A stretch of 63,880 nucleotides of DNA, the filler included, from Octopus bimaculoides (Eukaryota): assembly GCF_001194135.2 (NCBI RefSeq). It is 8 parts of 7 records of this genome, joined end to end, with 100 filler letters (N's around TTAATTAATTAA, not from the genome) between each part and the next. Parts side by side here need not be neighbours in the genome. Positions count along the whole stretch, not along the records: positions 1 to 23,513 come from NC_068988.1; 7 more parts are not named here. The stretch is one strand, 5' to 3'. Numbering within the stretch: the stretch's first letter is position 1; the number at the start of each line of letters is the position of its first letter. A model generated the notes under the pieces. That model saw nothing but the letters and a program-made list of their open reading frames with translations, ran no database searches and had not been told where the DNA came from. A program made the position numbers and the translations under genes. Positions 1 through 11,800 of the stretch are shown here, piece after piece.

Positions 1-205
1 GAGATCCAAGGATTCTCAGTATAGAAAACACTTGTTTATTTGCTTCCATTACGGCCTACATATAGAGGTGGACCACATCTACCAACATTATGAGGGATCT
101 CCGAGTCTCCAGAAACAGCTGTTGGATTTATAACACCTTACCTCTTCCCCTTTAATTTTCTCTGTCGTTTGTATTCTGTGTATGTGTAAGCTTTTAGTAT
201 AAATA

Positions 206-411
206 CAGTAATCTCTCGCCATATCGCGGCTCACCTATCGCGGTTTATTATTTGAGCTTCCTCCGTGGTGTTGTTTTGCATTTATAATAAAATAAATACA
301 TACAATTTATAAAAAAAGATATATAGTACAGTATTGTTTTTATTTCGCGGGTTTTCACCTATCGCGTTGGGTTTTTGGAACGTAACAGCCGTGATAGTCG
401 AGGGATTACTG
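206..411. mobile_element. Pogo/Tigger-type MITE (Tc1-mariner superfamily)
   Basis: Imperfect ~25-bp TIRs: CAGTAATCTCTCGCCATATCGCGGC at 206 and the reverse complement of CAGTAATCCCTCGACTATCACGGC ending at 411. Preceded by TA, followed by TG (decayed TA target duplication). CAGT...ACTG termini are typical of pogo-like elements. Confidence 0.75.
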
Positions 412-489
412 TGTCCATATATTTATACTTAAATATGCAACATCTGAAGGTTTTCAGCCTTTGCGTTCTCTCGTTTTACATGTCTACGT

Positions 490-614
490 GTACACATATT
501 TTGTATATCAAACCCAAGCTGTTATGTTTGATTTATTTATCAGCATGATTGCCTCTCTCTGTATATATGTGTGTATACGTGTGTGTGTGTGTGTGTGTAT
601 ATATATACATGCAT

Positions 615-663
<49 letters not shown>

Positions 664-836
664 ATATACATATATAGATATAAAAGAACATTATTATTCA
701 TAAAAATAATAACGTTAGTGGTAGCGAGCATAAAAGCCGTATAGACAAAATTAATAATTATATATAAGATATATAATATATGATGTATGCTAGTGTGATT
801 ATTCAGTACCGTAGCATGTATAATATACATACATAC

Positions 837-904
<68 letters not shown>

Positions 905-1000
905 ATGTATATATATATATACACACACACATATATATGTATACACATGCACATACACACACAACACACACACACACATACATACACAACAGAGCACTAT
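490..1000. repeat. Compound (TG)n/(CA)n/(TA)n/(TACA)n microsatellite block, representative of dozens across the window
   Basis: Direct read. Similar blocks at ~3790-3975, 4380-4640, 4870-5020, 6190-6380, 8420-8650, 12860-13260, 19410-19700, 30650-31230, 34600-35620, 38850-39310, 59080-59530 and 63515-63640. Confidence 0.98.
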
Positions 1001-1655
1001 ACTATATTCTTACTTTGAGTGGAAGTGAGGAGTAGTGGCAAGTATGCATTCAGTATTGGCATTAAATAATACAGTGGAGTCAGTATTCAGAACCCAGCCA
1101 TTGCGTTGGTTCACCAATAAATTATTTCTAACCTCATTTATAAGACACTCAACTCTAAATTGACGAAAACATACGTTACACCATTCAAATTTACTGGATG
1201 CTTTGTAAGCCACAACATCACTATATGTAATGAAAAATTCCAATTGACAATTGGTTAACATTAAACTGTAACGTCGCCATAAAACTATGTCTGATACCAA
1301 AAGCAACAGCCGAACAATATGTACCATTCTTCCGCTTGTACAAAGAACTGCTTGTATCCATGTTAATTTCGAATTGTCAGTTATAAAACTTTATCATGTT
1401 TGTCGAAATATTTTACGTTATATATGTACGCAGTGTAACTGGATATAACTTAGGTCATAAGGTCAATCGCTAAATATGCGGAAGACGGAATTTATTCAGC
1501 CGGAACTAAAATTTCTGGAATTCAACCAATAAAAACTAGTCGTCAAACTGAAGTTATACACATTATCAGCTTTGTTTTGCTGAAATAATTTATGATTCCT
1601 TCTTATAACTAATTCCGATAAGTCGTAAATATATTACAGGCGTAGGCAAAGTTGT

Positions 1656-2355
1656 GTGATTAATAAACTTGCTTCGCAGGCGTGTGGCTTCTCACTCAAC
1701 CCAAAACACGGTACCTTGAGCTATTCAAATGAAATAGCTAAGATTAGCAAAGATAGTCAAACCTACACGCATAATTTTAGCAAACACAATACAATAGATG
1801 ATAGAATTCCTTTAGTGATTAGCTGGCACCGACATTTCGCTGGCATTTCAAAAGTGTTGCATGAAAGTTACCAGCATGTGGCGAAAAAATATCCTCGTTT
1901 CAAACAGATATTTTCTCAGCCGTCCATTGTAGCCTTTAGACGGAATAAGAATATAAGAGAATTATTGACCCCGATATCTGACTCCCAGAAAATGAACATT
2001 GGAGCATCTGCACGCTGTACCTTAAAGAACAGCCGCAAGAGAGGTAAGTTCTGTTCATTGTGCAACAACATGAGTGAAGTGAATTCCATCAGAAATCATA
2101 ACAGAAATGTTATGATTTATACAGAAGGTGAAACATGTAAAGATTCTTATTTGATGTACGCTGCAGAATGCACGAAACACAACTTAATTTATGTTGGTTG
2201 TACAATAGAACGATTAAACAAAAAGTTTAATGGGCACAGATTCGACGTCAGCCACAATAACAGTAGTTCGACAGAACTTGCTGAACATTTCGTTTCAAGC
2301 AGCTGCAATTTTGAAGAAGACTTGAAAGTGCATATTTTCAGAAAATATTCTGAAT
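1656..2355 (+). mobile_element. Penelope-like element fragment: RT thumb/linker, zinc-binding linker and GIY-YIG endonuclease, truncated at both ends
   Basis: Open frame with RIPLVISW..PSIVAFRRNKNIRELL, CSLC, TCKDSYLMYAAECTKHNLIYVGCTIERLNKKFNGHR (GIY-YIG hallmark). The C-terminal Glu/Asn part of the nuclease is missing. Confidence 0.9.
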
Positions 2356-2450
2356 CTGCTCCTCAATTTGTTTCTACCTGTTCTTTTTTTCAGTCTGTTT
2401 TTTTTTTTTTTTTTTNNNNNNNNNNNNNNNNNNNNNNNNNNNNNNNNNNN

Positions 2451-2560
2451 TTCATGGCAGTGGTTTCGGGTTCTTCATCTAATTCAGAGTTAATGCCAAG
2501 TTCTCTTTCGAATTTGCAAGCTTCCTTGACAATAGAATGTGATTTTTTACTGCTTTCGTG
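2451..2560 (-). mobile_element. R4/Dong-like non-LTR retrotransposon fragment (post-RT region)
   Basis: Minus-strand translation HESSKKSHSIVKEACKFERELGI resembles the HE..K..SI.KEA.KF..E segment of R4/Dong-type ORFs. Abuts a (TAA)n tract. Confidence 0.5.
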
Positions 2561-2635
<75 letters not shown>

Positions 2636-2637
2636 TC
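2561..2637. repeat. (TTA)n microsatellite
   Basis: Direct read. Other AAT/AAC tracts at 9400-9616 and 43420-43500. Confidence 0.98.
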
Positions 2638-2649
2638 TGACATAAACAC

Positions 2650-2985
2650 ACAGCAAGAAAGTTAGTGGGAAAGTATTAGTTGATTAAATCACCTCTACTC
2701 ATTCACTAGTACTTTAGTTATTGACCCCGGAATTTGAATTTAACGGAATTTGAACTCAAGCATAAAGAATCACAATAAATGCCACTAAGCATTTTGTCGA
2801 CTCTAACAATTTTGCCGTTCTTTATCGATTCTCACATAAGCTGAGGAGGGAACGGTCGATTATATCGACCCCAGTTTTTCACTCGTACTTTATTTATTGA
2901 ACCCGTTAGCATGAATGGCAAAGGTAACTTCAGTGAAGTTTGAAATCAGAACGTAAAATGACTAAATACATTTTGTCCGATACAA
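2650..2985 (-). mobile_element. Two decayed copies of tRNA-derived SINE family B
   Basis: Reverse-complement similarity to the copy at 58565-58775 (motifs gtactt..tt.attgacccc, ggaatttgaactc, aagcatttt). Confidence 0.65.
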
Positions 2986-2989
2986 GCTA

Positions 2990-3600
2990 ACTATGACTTC
3001 AAAGCTTTGGATTAGTTGCCATTCTCAGACAGAAGCTAGATTTGGTTTTTCAATCGTTATACGGATTTGTTAGTCAGAAGGATGTTCGTTGCTGGATGGA
3101 ACTATGGATATGAAAATTAGATATGGTGTAAGTTTGTAGTGAACTATGAGAAGAGAATGACAAGAAGAAAGTATACGTTTAAGGAGTTTGGATGGAAGGA
3201 AAACGGTGATAGAGACAATATTTTATGTCTGACAAAAAAAAGTTTGTAGCTGCTAGTTTAGAAAATGTGAAGGATTGTTATTTGCTTATGTTGCTGTTTT
3301 GGTTCAGTCAAAGGTGTATGTAAAGTTAGGTGTTAATAGTTGGATATGTATAGGAGTTCATGTGGCAGGTTGGTGGCTTTCAGGTCACAATTTGTGTTGG
3401 TTGAAACTTTTCTTAGGTCTAATCAGAATTTTACATATAAAATAAACAGATAGATTTGTTAGTATAAGAGGTTAGAGGTTGGTAGTACGCTGTTATAGTG
3501 CTCATATAAAAATGATTATAAATATAGCTGTGAGAGGTTAAATATGTATTAAAATATAGGTCACGAATAGTTAAAAGCTGAAGGTTTCTCTTTCATTGAA
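2990..3600 (-). mobile_element. Possible highly decayed LINE remnant (unclassified)
   Basis: Strong G/T versus C/A strand asymmetry, similar in character to 44290-44600. No recognisable protein motif. Confidence 0.25.
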
Positions 3601-3899
3601 TTTCCTTTTGGGTTTGTAAAAGAAGTTGGGTTAAAATAAACGTTGCTAATATAAAATATCAACTGAAATATGCGTCAGTGTTTCTCACAAACATTTAGGC
3701 TTATGTATACATATACACACATAGAAAACTGCATATTCATACTTGCGCCACAACATAAATACTGCGTAACTTCCACACTTCCATAGAGATATGTGTATAT
3801 ATATTTATGTACTTATGTATGTATGTATGTATGTATGTATGTATGTATGTATGTATGTATGTATACATATCTATATATATATATATATANNNNNNNNNN

Positions 3900-3974
<75 letters not shown>

Positions 3975-4059
3975 ATTCGTTTACTAGTTACACGTCGAGA
4001 GGTGCAGCTATGCTGGGATGCCACCATTAGCTTAGCTACACTTTTACTATTTGCTATTT

Positions 4060-4350
4060 GATACTTTCTCTGATGTGTGACATTTGGTGCATAAGGGTGT
4101 TCGATATTGCTGCCTTCATCAGCGTTTCCTGTTGCAAGGTAGGTTCACCCGGAACTCTTGACAAGAGGAGATCCAGTTTTGTTTTGAAGACTTCTACATC
4201 CTCCCCATATAGGTCTCTCGGTCTTTCGAGGATTATATTGAAGAGTTTAGTGCCCATGAATCCTAAACTGTTGTAGTATCTGGTCATGTATCCTGATGCA
4301 ATGTTGACAACTTTGGCACTATGCAGTGACACCCCGTTCTGCTGTTTGTG
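4060..4350 (-). mobile_element. CR1/L2-group LINE 3' end (ORF2 C-terminus)
   Basis: Translation NSLGFMGTKLFNIIL..RDLYGEDVEVFKTKLDLLLSRVPGEP matches the conserved NS...G..LFN.LP...R......FK..LD..L..VPD.P tail of CR1-group ORF2. Confidence 0.8.
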
Positions 4351-4605
4351 AACATTCAATGCCAAAACTTGGTACAAGTCCTACACATACATGCATGCAT
4401 CATACATACATACATACATACATACTTACATACATACATACATACATGCATACATACATTCAACGTATATATATACATGCATATATGCATATATATGAGT
4501 ATACATGTATATATATCTATACAGATATACGTACATGTGCATATGCATACGCACGCACACACGCACTCACACATACATACATACATACATACATACATAC
4601 ATACA

Positions 4606-4636
<31 letters not shown>

Positions 4637-4959
4637 TCATACGTGCGTAATTATAACAGCAGAAATGTCCCTATAAACACCAGTAACATGCATATAAACA
4701 TATAGGTTTTGTTTATTGTGTATACCACATAAAGACACTTGTAGTTGTGAGAAAGTTAGAAAATACACTCACAGCTATAAATGTACATACATATGCTTGT
4801 ATATACCTACATTCACATATCAATGTATATACAACTGCGAAATAGTCATTAGCGTTAATGCTCACAATGTTATATAATATATATGTATATACATATATAT
4901 ATATACATATATATATAGAGAGAGAGACAGAGACAGAGACAGACAGACAGACAGAGAGT

Positions 4960-4997
<38 letters not shown>

Positions 4998-6409
4998 TTA
5001 GATATAGACATAGATATGTATTTNNNNNNNNNNNNNNNNNNNNNNNNNNNNNNNNNNNNNNNNNNNNNNNNNNNNNNNNNNNNNNNNNNNNNNNNNNNNN
5101 NNNNNNNNNNNNNNNNNNNNNNNNNNNNNNNNNNNNNNNNNNNNNNNNNNNNNNNNNNNNNNNNNNNNNNNNNNNNNNNNNNNNNNNNNNNNNNNNNNNN
5201 NNNNNNNNNNNNNNNNNNNNNNNNNNNNNNNNNNNNNNNNNNNNNNNNNNNNNNNNNNNNNNNNNNNNNNNNNNNNNNNNNNNATATATATATATATATA
5301 TATATAGGCAGATATAAAAGCATGCATACATAAACGCATACACATTTTGTAAGTTGGCATTTAAAATAGATCATGGTTTGACCAATTAAAAGCGAATATC
5401 GGTAGATGTCTAGAATTTACCAAACACTACTTCCTTGTTACAGAACCATTCCTTAGTTTTGTCCCCTCACCTTCCCGGGGTTTATTATGCGCAGTGTCCT
5501 CATCTCAGTGAAGGTCGTTGTGTTTTCCTTACATATGTTTTAGATTTTATCATCAACCGACCGACCAACCAACCAGCAAAATAGCCAACACCCTCGCCAG
5601 TTAGTCTTCATGTCCAACTTGTGTACTCGACTATGTGATCATACATTTATAAGCATTGTATATAACGCATAAACACATATACATATATATACACACGAAT
5701 GCACTGACAAATGTACATCTATACGTGCATACGTACATGTAAATAGCAGTGATGTATGAATAATTACATATACATTCATATGCTTGCTTATTTTTTAACT
5801 AAATGTAAATACAGTCACGCCTATATATACATGCACGTACACACACATATATATACACACGTCTATATGTATGTATGTGTATATATATAATATATATATA
5901 TATATNNNNNNNNNNNNNNNNNNNNNNNNNNNNNNNNNNNNNNNNNNNNNNNNNNNNNNNNNNNNNNNNNNNNNNNNNNNNNNNNNNNNNNNNNNNNNNN
6001 NNNNNNNNNNNNNNNNNNNNNNNNNNNNNNNNNNNNNNNNNNNNNNNNNNNNNNNNNNNNNNNNNNNNNNNNNNNNNNNNNNNNNNNNNNNNNNNNNNNN
6101 NNNNNNNNNNNNNNNNNNNNNNNNNNNNNNNNNNNNNNNNNNNNNNNNNNNNNNNNNNNNNNNNNNNNNNNNNNNNNNNNNNNNNNNNNNATATATGTAT
6201 GTGTGTGTGTAGGTGTGTGTATATATAAATATATATATAGTTAGATAGATACATACATACATACATACATACATGCATGCATGCATACATACATACATAC
6301 ATACATACATACATACATACATACATACATACATACATACGTACATGGATGGATCGATGGATGGATGGATGGGTGGATGGATTTCTAGCAATGCAGGTGC
6401 TCAGTAGCA

Positions 6410-6600
6410 TTTAGTGACGATTAATTTTTTCCTTTATGGTATTATATTGCGCCTAGCTGTTTATATTAAGTTTTAGTATACGCACTAGCATTTTCAACCT
6501 AAAATTTAATGCTAAAAATATATAAACTGGCTGATGTTTCAGTAGTCACTACTGATGATGCCTATGAAATAGGCGGAACTAGTCTAGTCAAGTACTTCTA
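6410..6600 (+). mobile_element. Putative Penelope-type pLTR fragment with a degenerate hammerhead
   Basis: 6411-6475 is an inverted copy of 20570-20630, so it is a dispersed repeat. Followed by a CTGATGA/stem/GGAAC hammerhead-like motif at 6552-6589. Confidence 0.5.
6549..6593 (+). ncRNA. Degenerate minimal type I hammerhead ribozyme motif
   Basis: CTGATGA (6552-6558), stem II GCCTAT-gaa-ATAGGC, GGAA (GAAA expected), stem III ACTAG-t-CTAGT, then C (GUC triplet). Stem I is weak. Confidence 0.5.
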
Positions 6601-7879
6601 GAGATGGTCATGGAGCGGTTACTTCCCCTTTCAGTGCATATATGTTGCTCTCTTCTTACAACATTAAAAGTGTTTAACTATTGTCTCTAGCAATGTAGGT
6701 GCATCTACAAAGTATTGCATCTGCTAACCACACAGCGTGCAGGTGTATCCGGGAATTATGTGTGCTTATGAGACAAATAGTTAGAAAAGAGCTCCTGAAA
6801 AGTATTCCCTGACCTATTACCAAAGAAACACAGAAGGAAACGTTAAACACTGTTCTGCTACAATAGAACATCAGACAAAATATGTTCCATTGGAGAGTAA
6901 ACAGAAAAAATATCATGCATGATCATGTCAGAACGCTTCAGATTGACAATAACATGGATGAACAAAACAGTCTACCTTGAACCAAAAAGTGCTGAATCTT
7001 TGAAGGGTGTGCTTTCGCAATCTGAGAACTAGTAATGACAATGAAATATCTGATGTACAAAGGGATAGGGGTTCAAGTAAAACACCTAGATATGTCAGCC
7101 AGTATAATATCTATAGAAGTAACACTGAAAATGTGACTAACATCATAACCGTCTGAAAATGTCATCTCGATACTATTTACTTATGAGATATGATTTAATG
7201 AATAAAACACTTCACCATTCAATTCGTAGGATGGCTAGCCGTTACGAAGAATGAATAACACAAAAAATATAAAAGAATTCTGATGGAATGCTCCGGTCGG
7301 AACCTGTGTAAAGTATAAGCATAACATACCAAACGATGACTTAGGACAAAGAAGAGGAAGTGATCAGCTGATGTTAACAAAGTGTTAATGATAAACAAAA
7401 AGAAAACATATTGTGATCTAATGAGAAATCCACAGTTACAACACTAGATTCTACTTACAAATAAATATGCCAGAAATCAAACTTTCCTTAAATTTCTTGA
7501 CCAAAAGACACTTCCAAATCATATGCAAATACGACTGTTCCTTTTTCAAAATAAACCGACTCAAAGGCTCGTATGACTACACCGTTCAGCTTTTTAAAAA
7601 AAAACACTATCAAACACAAACCTCTACGCCTTTATCTTTCAGGCATTGATCGACAGATATTTAAGCTGATCATCAATCGCATCAGTTTTCTCAATCTGAG
7701 AGGACCCACAAAGGTTATTTCATAGTCCCTGACGGTTTATAGAATGTAAAAAATAAGCATCGCATATTTGAAAGAACTCTAACGAGGTTGTTGCTTTTGG
7801 TAAAAGAATCTCTGTGGCAAACGTACATCATTCTAGCTACATTTAAACCGTGATCATCGCGTCTTTCCTTCTGCCATAA

Positions 7880-8095
7880 AGTGAATTGGCAGAATCATTT
7901 GAGTATTGAACAAAAATTCCTTGTGAAATCTAGTTGCATTCTTTCACTAATCTGTGTTCAAATCCTGTCGCAGTGAAATTTGTACTTCATTCTTCTAGGG
8001 TTGATAAAATGAATACCAGTCATGAACTCAGGTCGATTTTGTCGACTGTACCCACTCCCCGAATTTCATGACTTCTACCTATTTTAGAAGTTATA
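7880..8095 (+). mobile_element. tRNA-derived SINE family B copy
   Basis: Head ttggcagaatcatt..., B-box-like gttcaaatcc, body ttcattcttctagggttgataaaatgaataccagt, matching 58565-58775. Confidence 0.65.
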
Positions 8096-8691
8096 TTATA
8101 TTCAGGATCACTTTAAAAAGAGAGTATGGTATTATATAAAGCAGATTTAGCTATGATTACTAACAAGTTGAACGACCACTTCGTGGCTCCTTTGTCGGTT
8201 CCAACGAAGTGGCAATGAACGGTACTTGATTCAGTTACAGAAAAGACAATCATCGTACAATATTTGGCGACAGAATCCTCTTATAATAGTTTGACTCCAA
8301 GGACGCAGAGTTTATCTGATGGCTTAGATAGGAACGGAAGTAGTTTCAAGTGATACTGAACTTGGCCCACTATGATTACATAATACTGTAATTAGTTGAG
8401 TCATCTTAAGTTGAATTATCTACGTTATGTAAACTGCACGCACATGAAGGTGCGTCTGCGCGTGTATGTACGTATACGCACATATGTGTAAGTACACGCA
8501 TGCATGCTTGACTTATGTATGTATGTATGTATGTATGTATGCATGCATGCATGCATGTATGTATGTATGTATGTATGTAAGTATGTATGTATGTATGTAT
8601 GTATGTATGCATGTATGTTCGTACGTACGTACATATGTATGCACGGTGTATGAATGTATTTTTTGAGATTAATCTTTATATCTTTTGTATT

Positions 8692-9068
8692 TTTACTTGT
8701 TTCAGTCATTAGACTGCGGTCATGCTGGGGCACCACCCTAAAGAATTTTAGTCAACCCAAGTACTTATTCTATCGGTCTCGTTTGCCGAACCGATGATTT
8801 ACGAGGAGATAAACAAACCAACACCGGTTGTCAAGCGGTGGGTGGGGAGAAAAACATAGACACACACACACACACGCACACACAAAGACACACATATATA
8901 TACATATATACGGCGGGTTTGTTTCAGTTTCCGTCTACCAAATCCACTCACAAGGTTTCGGTCGGCTCGAAGCAATAGTAGAAGACACTTACCCAAGGTA
9001 CCACGCAGTGGGACTGAACCCGGAACTATGTCGTCGATAAGCAAGCTTCCTACCACACACCCACGCCT
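8692..9068 (-). mobile_element. tRNA-derived SINE family A, near full length
   Basis: Reverse complement reads aggcgtgggtgtgtggtaggaagcttgc...ccgggttcagtcccactgcgtggtaccttgggtaagtgtcttctactat (A-box/B-box-like), central CA/TA microsatellite, tail cagcatgaccgcagtctaatgactgaaacaag. Confidence 0.85.
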
Positions 9069-9074
9069 ATTCTT

Positions 9075-9397
9075 AGCATAAAGAAATATACAATCAGGCG
9101 GAGATTCAAAGGGGTTGGTGTACAGAAGAAAAGATTAAATGGAGTGGTTAGTACAGGTCCTCATATAATGGACACAATATGGATGATGGGAGGAGGAGCG
9201 ACGAGTGAGCCGGGAGTTCCAAAGCAAAGATCGTATGAGATCATCCAGTCCCGAGAAATAGACGCCGTTATAGTTAAAGCGGGGAAAGGAGACCGTATGC
9301 CAAAGGACCAGAGGCTGGAGTGTACCTATAAGCGATTTTTATGCCTTTTGAAGGGCCTCTATCTGGAGGCAACAGCACCGTCTACATAGCGGAGGAA

Positions 9398-9400
<3 letters not shown>
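9075..9400 (+). mobile_element. Probable RTE-clade LINE 3' end with (AAT)n tail
   Basis: GC-richer than flanks. Frameshifted translation loosely follows LKW.G...R...W.....P...GRP..RW...A.DR..W and runs directly into (AAT)n. Confidence 0.4.
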
Positions 9401-9466
<66 letters not shown>

Positions 9467-9519
9467 GATGATAATAATAATAATAATAATAACAACAACA
9501 ACAACAACAATAATAATAG

Positions 9520-9596
<77 letters not shown>

Positions 9597-10014
9597 ATAA
9601 TAATAATAATAATAATTCGGTCTATTCACCAAGCTGCTTCTCTTCCTCCTACTATTACCTTCAACCCTCACATATGATTATCTCAAGTACAAGACAAAAG
9701 TCGAAACTAAACAATATTTAATAAAACCACACAGTAGTAGGAGCAAAGACGGCAGATTTAAATAAATAACGGTTATTCTATCACCATGGCTGCAAAGGTT
9801 AACCACAACGATACAGATCAATGCTATAATAAGAAGGTTAACGTAACTATAATGGTATTAATAGTGGAGTCGACAATAGTGGCAGAGACAACAACCGTCT
9901 CTATATCTGCCACAATACAAGACTCAATAGTAATAATTTTAATGTAGCACAAATATGTCTTAAGAAACAAAATGGAAAACTACAACAGTACACCAAATCG
10001 CTTGTCTTATGATT

Positions 10015-11800
10015 AAGCTGGAAGCGCGTCCCCCAGAATAGCGCCAGCCTGGGGTCGAGAAGTCACCCACTGGCACAAACTCTTCTCTGAATAGGAACCT
10101 GCATGGTCACTTGAACGGTAACTGCCCCATCTCGAGCCTTCCAAGTCCACCACCACACCCACCACAGAAAGAAAAATATAAGAGGATCAAATGGACCCGA
10201 GATGGGTATACAAAAGATGAGTATACGCCTATTACTATGCATTAGGTAGGCCATCTGAAGAGAAACATCGCACACTCTTATCAAATATGGAGAACGGCTG
10301 GAACAATGGTCAAGATGCTTTTTGGGATTACGAAGGAGATAATAAGGAAGGATTTTAGCGAAAACAAAATGTGAAAAAGTATGATTATTTAGTGGATATT
10401 GAGGGTAATTGTTCATTCTACCGGCGGTGAAAAAAGTAAATAAAAATTAAGGGGGAGATAACTAATAAAAGAATACCAATATTACGGCATGATCGACAGC
10501 CATCACTTACTATGTGACTCCCTGGCAGAATCCATCGTTGAATTAATACTGTCAAAGTCTGAAACTCTCTCTATTCTGCCGAAGACCCACTCCCCCTTAA
10601 TTTTTATTTACTGAACTGTATGGTAAGAAATGAAGTTGACATGGGAATGAAAAATATAAACAATATAATTCAATAATGATAAGATTGACATTAGTAAGAT
10701 AGAAACGCGAGAAAATGAAGTCACCGAAAAATTGAGGGGGTAACAACTTTGATAAACGGTCTAACAGAAAATTATCGACCTCAATCTATTACAGAACTCA
10801 TAGCAGGCACTTTTTTTAGGAAAAACATGCAATCATTTGATGCAGAACAAATTAAGAACTACTGAACAAAAGGTGTGCAGGAAACAAAAGCTATCAAAGA
10901 TCGTTTGATCATTGTTACAATGTGAATGAAGAACTGCGTACGACAATGAACTAATCTGTGCATAATGTGGGTCGACATCAAACAAAGACAACATGGGGCC
11001 TCGTTCTTGGATTGCGAAGTCATTTAGAATCTCATCAGTATCCTCACTGTTATTATGGTGCACTGTAAAATCAACTTGATGATGGACATGAAATTAGTGA
11101 GAAGTGTAGCCGTTAGAAGGTATCTTCTTGAATGCTTCTTTCTTCTTGGCATTTGTTATCGCAATTATATCCATCTCAATGACATTTAGAACAGTCAACA
11201 TGGGTTAAAAACTAGGAAGAAATGCGTCTTCTCTAAATCGTTTATGCTTAATGGATAACTTAAAGATATTAGCGAAGTTTGAAAAAGAAATCATTTCAAT
11301 TATTAATATAATAAAGCTGTGTTGCAATGATATTAGCATTGAATTTGGTATGTCGAAGTATGCTATTTTAGTCTTGAAGGAAAAGAATAAAGCCCATTTG
11401 TATGGAACAAACTTGCTGGAAGAACGGATTTTAGAACGTGGGCACAATCGATGCAGGTATCTTGGCATACTGGAACTCGATGATATTATGTGTTAGGAAA
11501 TGAAAAAAAAAGGGGGGGAACATTACATTTGAGCAGATTAATGCTTACAGTGAAGAGCGGACTAAATTCAAAGAATCTGAAAATACGATCAACACACAGG
11601 TAGTTATTGCTGGAGCAGTGAATTTGACAAAAGAGGAAATACAGGCATTAGACAGAAAAATGAGAAGACATAACCATACTTGATGTACTTAACTTAAACG
11701 TAAATATCAGTCGTTTATATATGAAACGGAAGATTGAAGGTAGAGAAATGATTACCATTTGTGAATGAAGAATAAAGACCAGTAAAACCATTACCTTGAG
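10015..11800 (+). mobile_element. R4/Dong-like (RLE-type) non-LTR retrotransposon, internally deleted and degenerate
   Basis: N-terminal RK.KWTRE...AYYYAL (10170-10260). RT segments KGC..TK.IKDRLII, NLC.MWVD, VPRSWI (10880-11010), IRRGIFQGD-like/FVIA.IP (~11110-11180), MDNLKILAK...DISIEFGM.KYA (YMDDLK equivalent), YLGILE. Post-RT LNSKN...IN, TKEEIQALDRKMR, RLY.KRK.EGR. Many stops and frameshifts. Confidence 0.85.
10435..10612. mobile_element. 178-bp element with perfect 23-bp terminal inverted repeats, inserted in the R4-like element
   Basis: AGTAAATAAAAATTAAGGGGGAG (10435-10457) and its exact reverse complement (10590-10612). No clear target duplication. Confidence 0.55.

Noticed and set aside
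7277-7313. CTGATGG...GGAA-CCTGTGTA hammerhead-like string
   Set aside because: Both cores are mutated and stems I-III do not pair convincingly.
9341-9721. Poly-Asn ORF (and poly-Leu/Tyr/Ile frames)
   Set aside because: Product of the (AAT)n/(AAC)n tract.
10544-10565. TAATACTGTCA resembling the miR-8/miR-200 5' end
   Set aside because: Only 11 nt match, there is no precursor hairpin, and it lies inside a TIR element.
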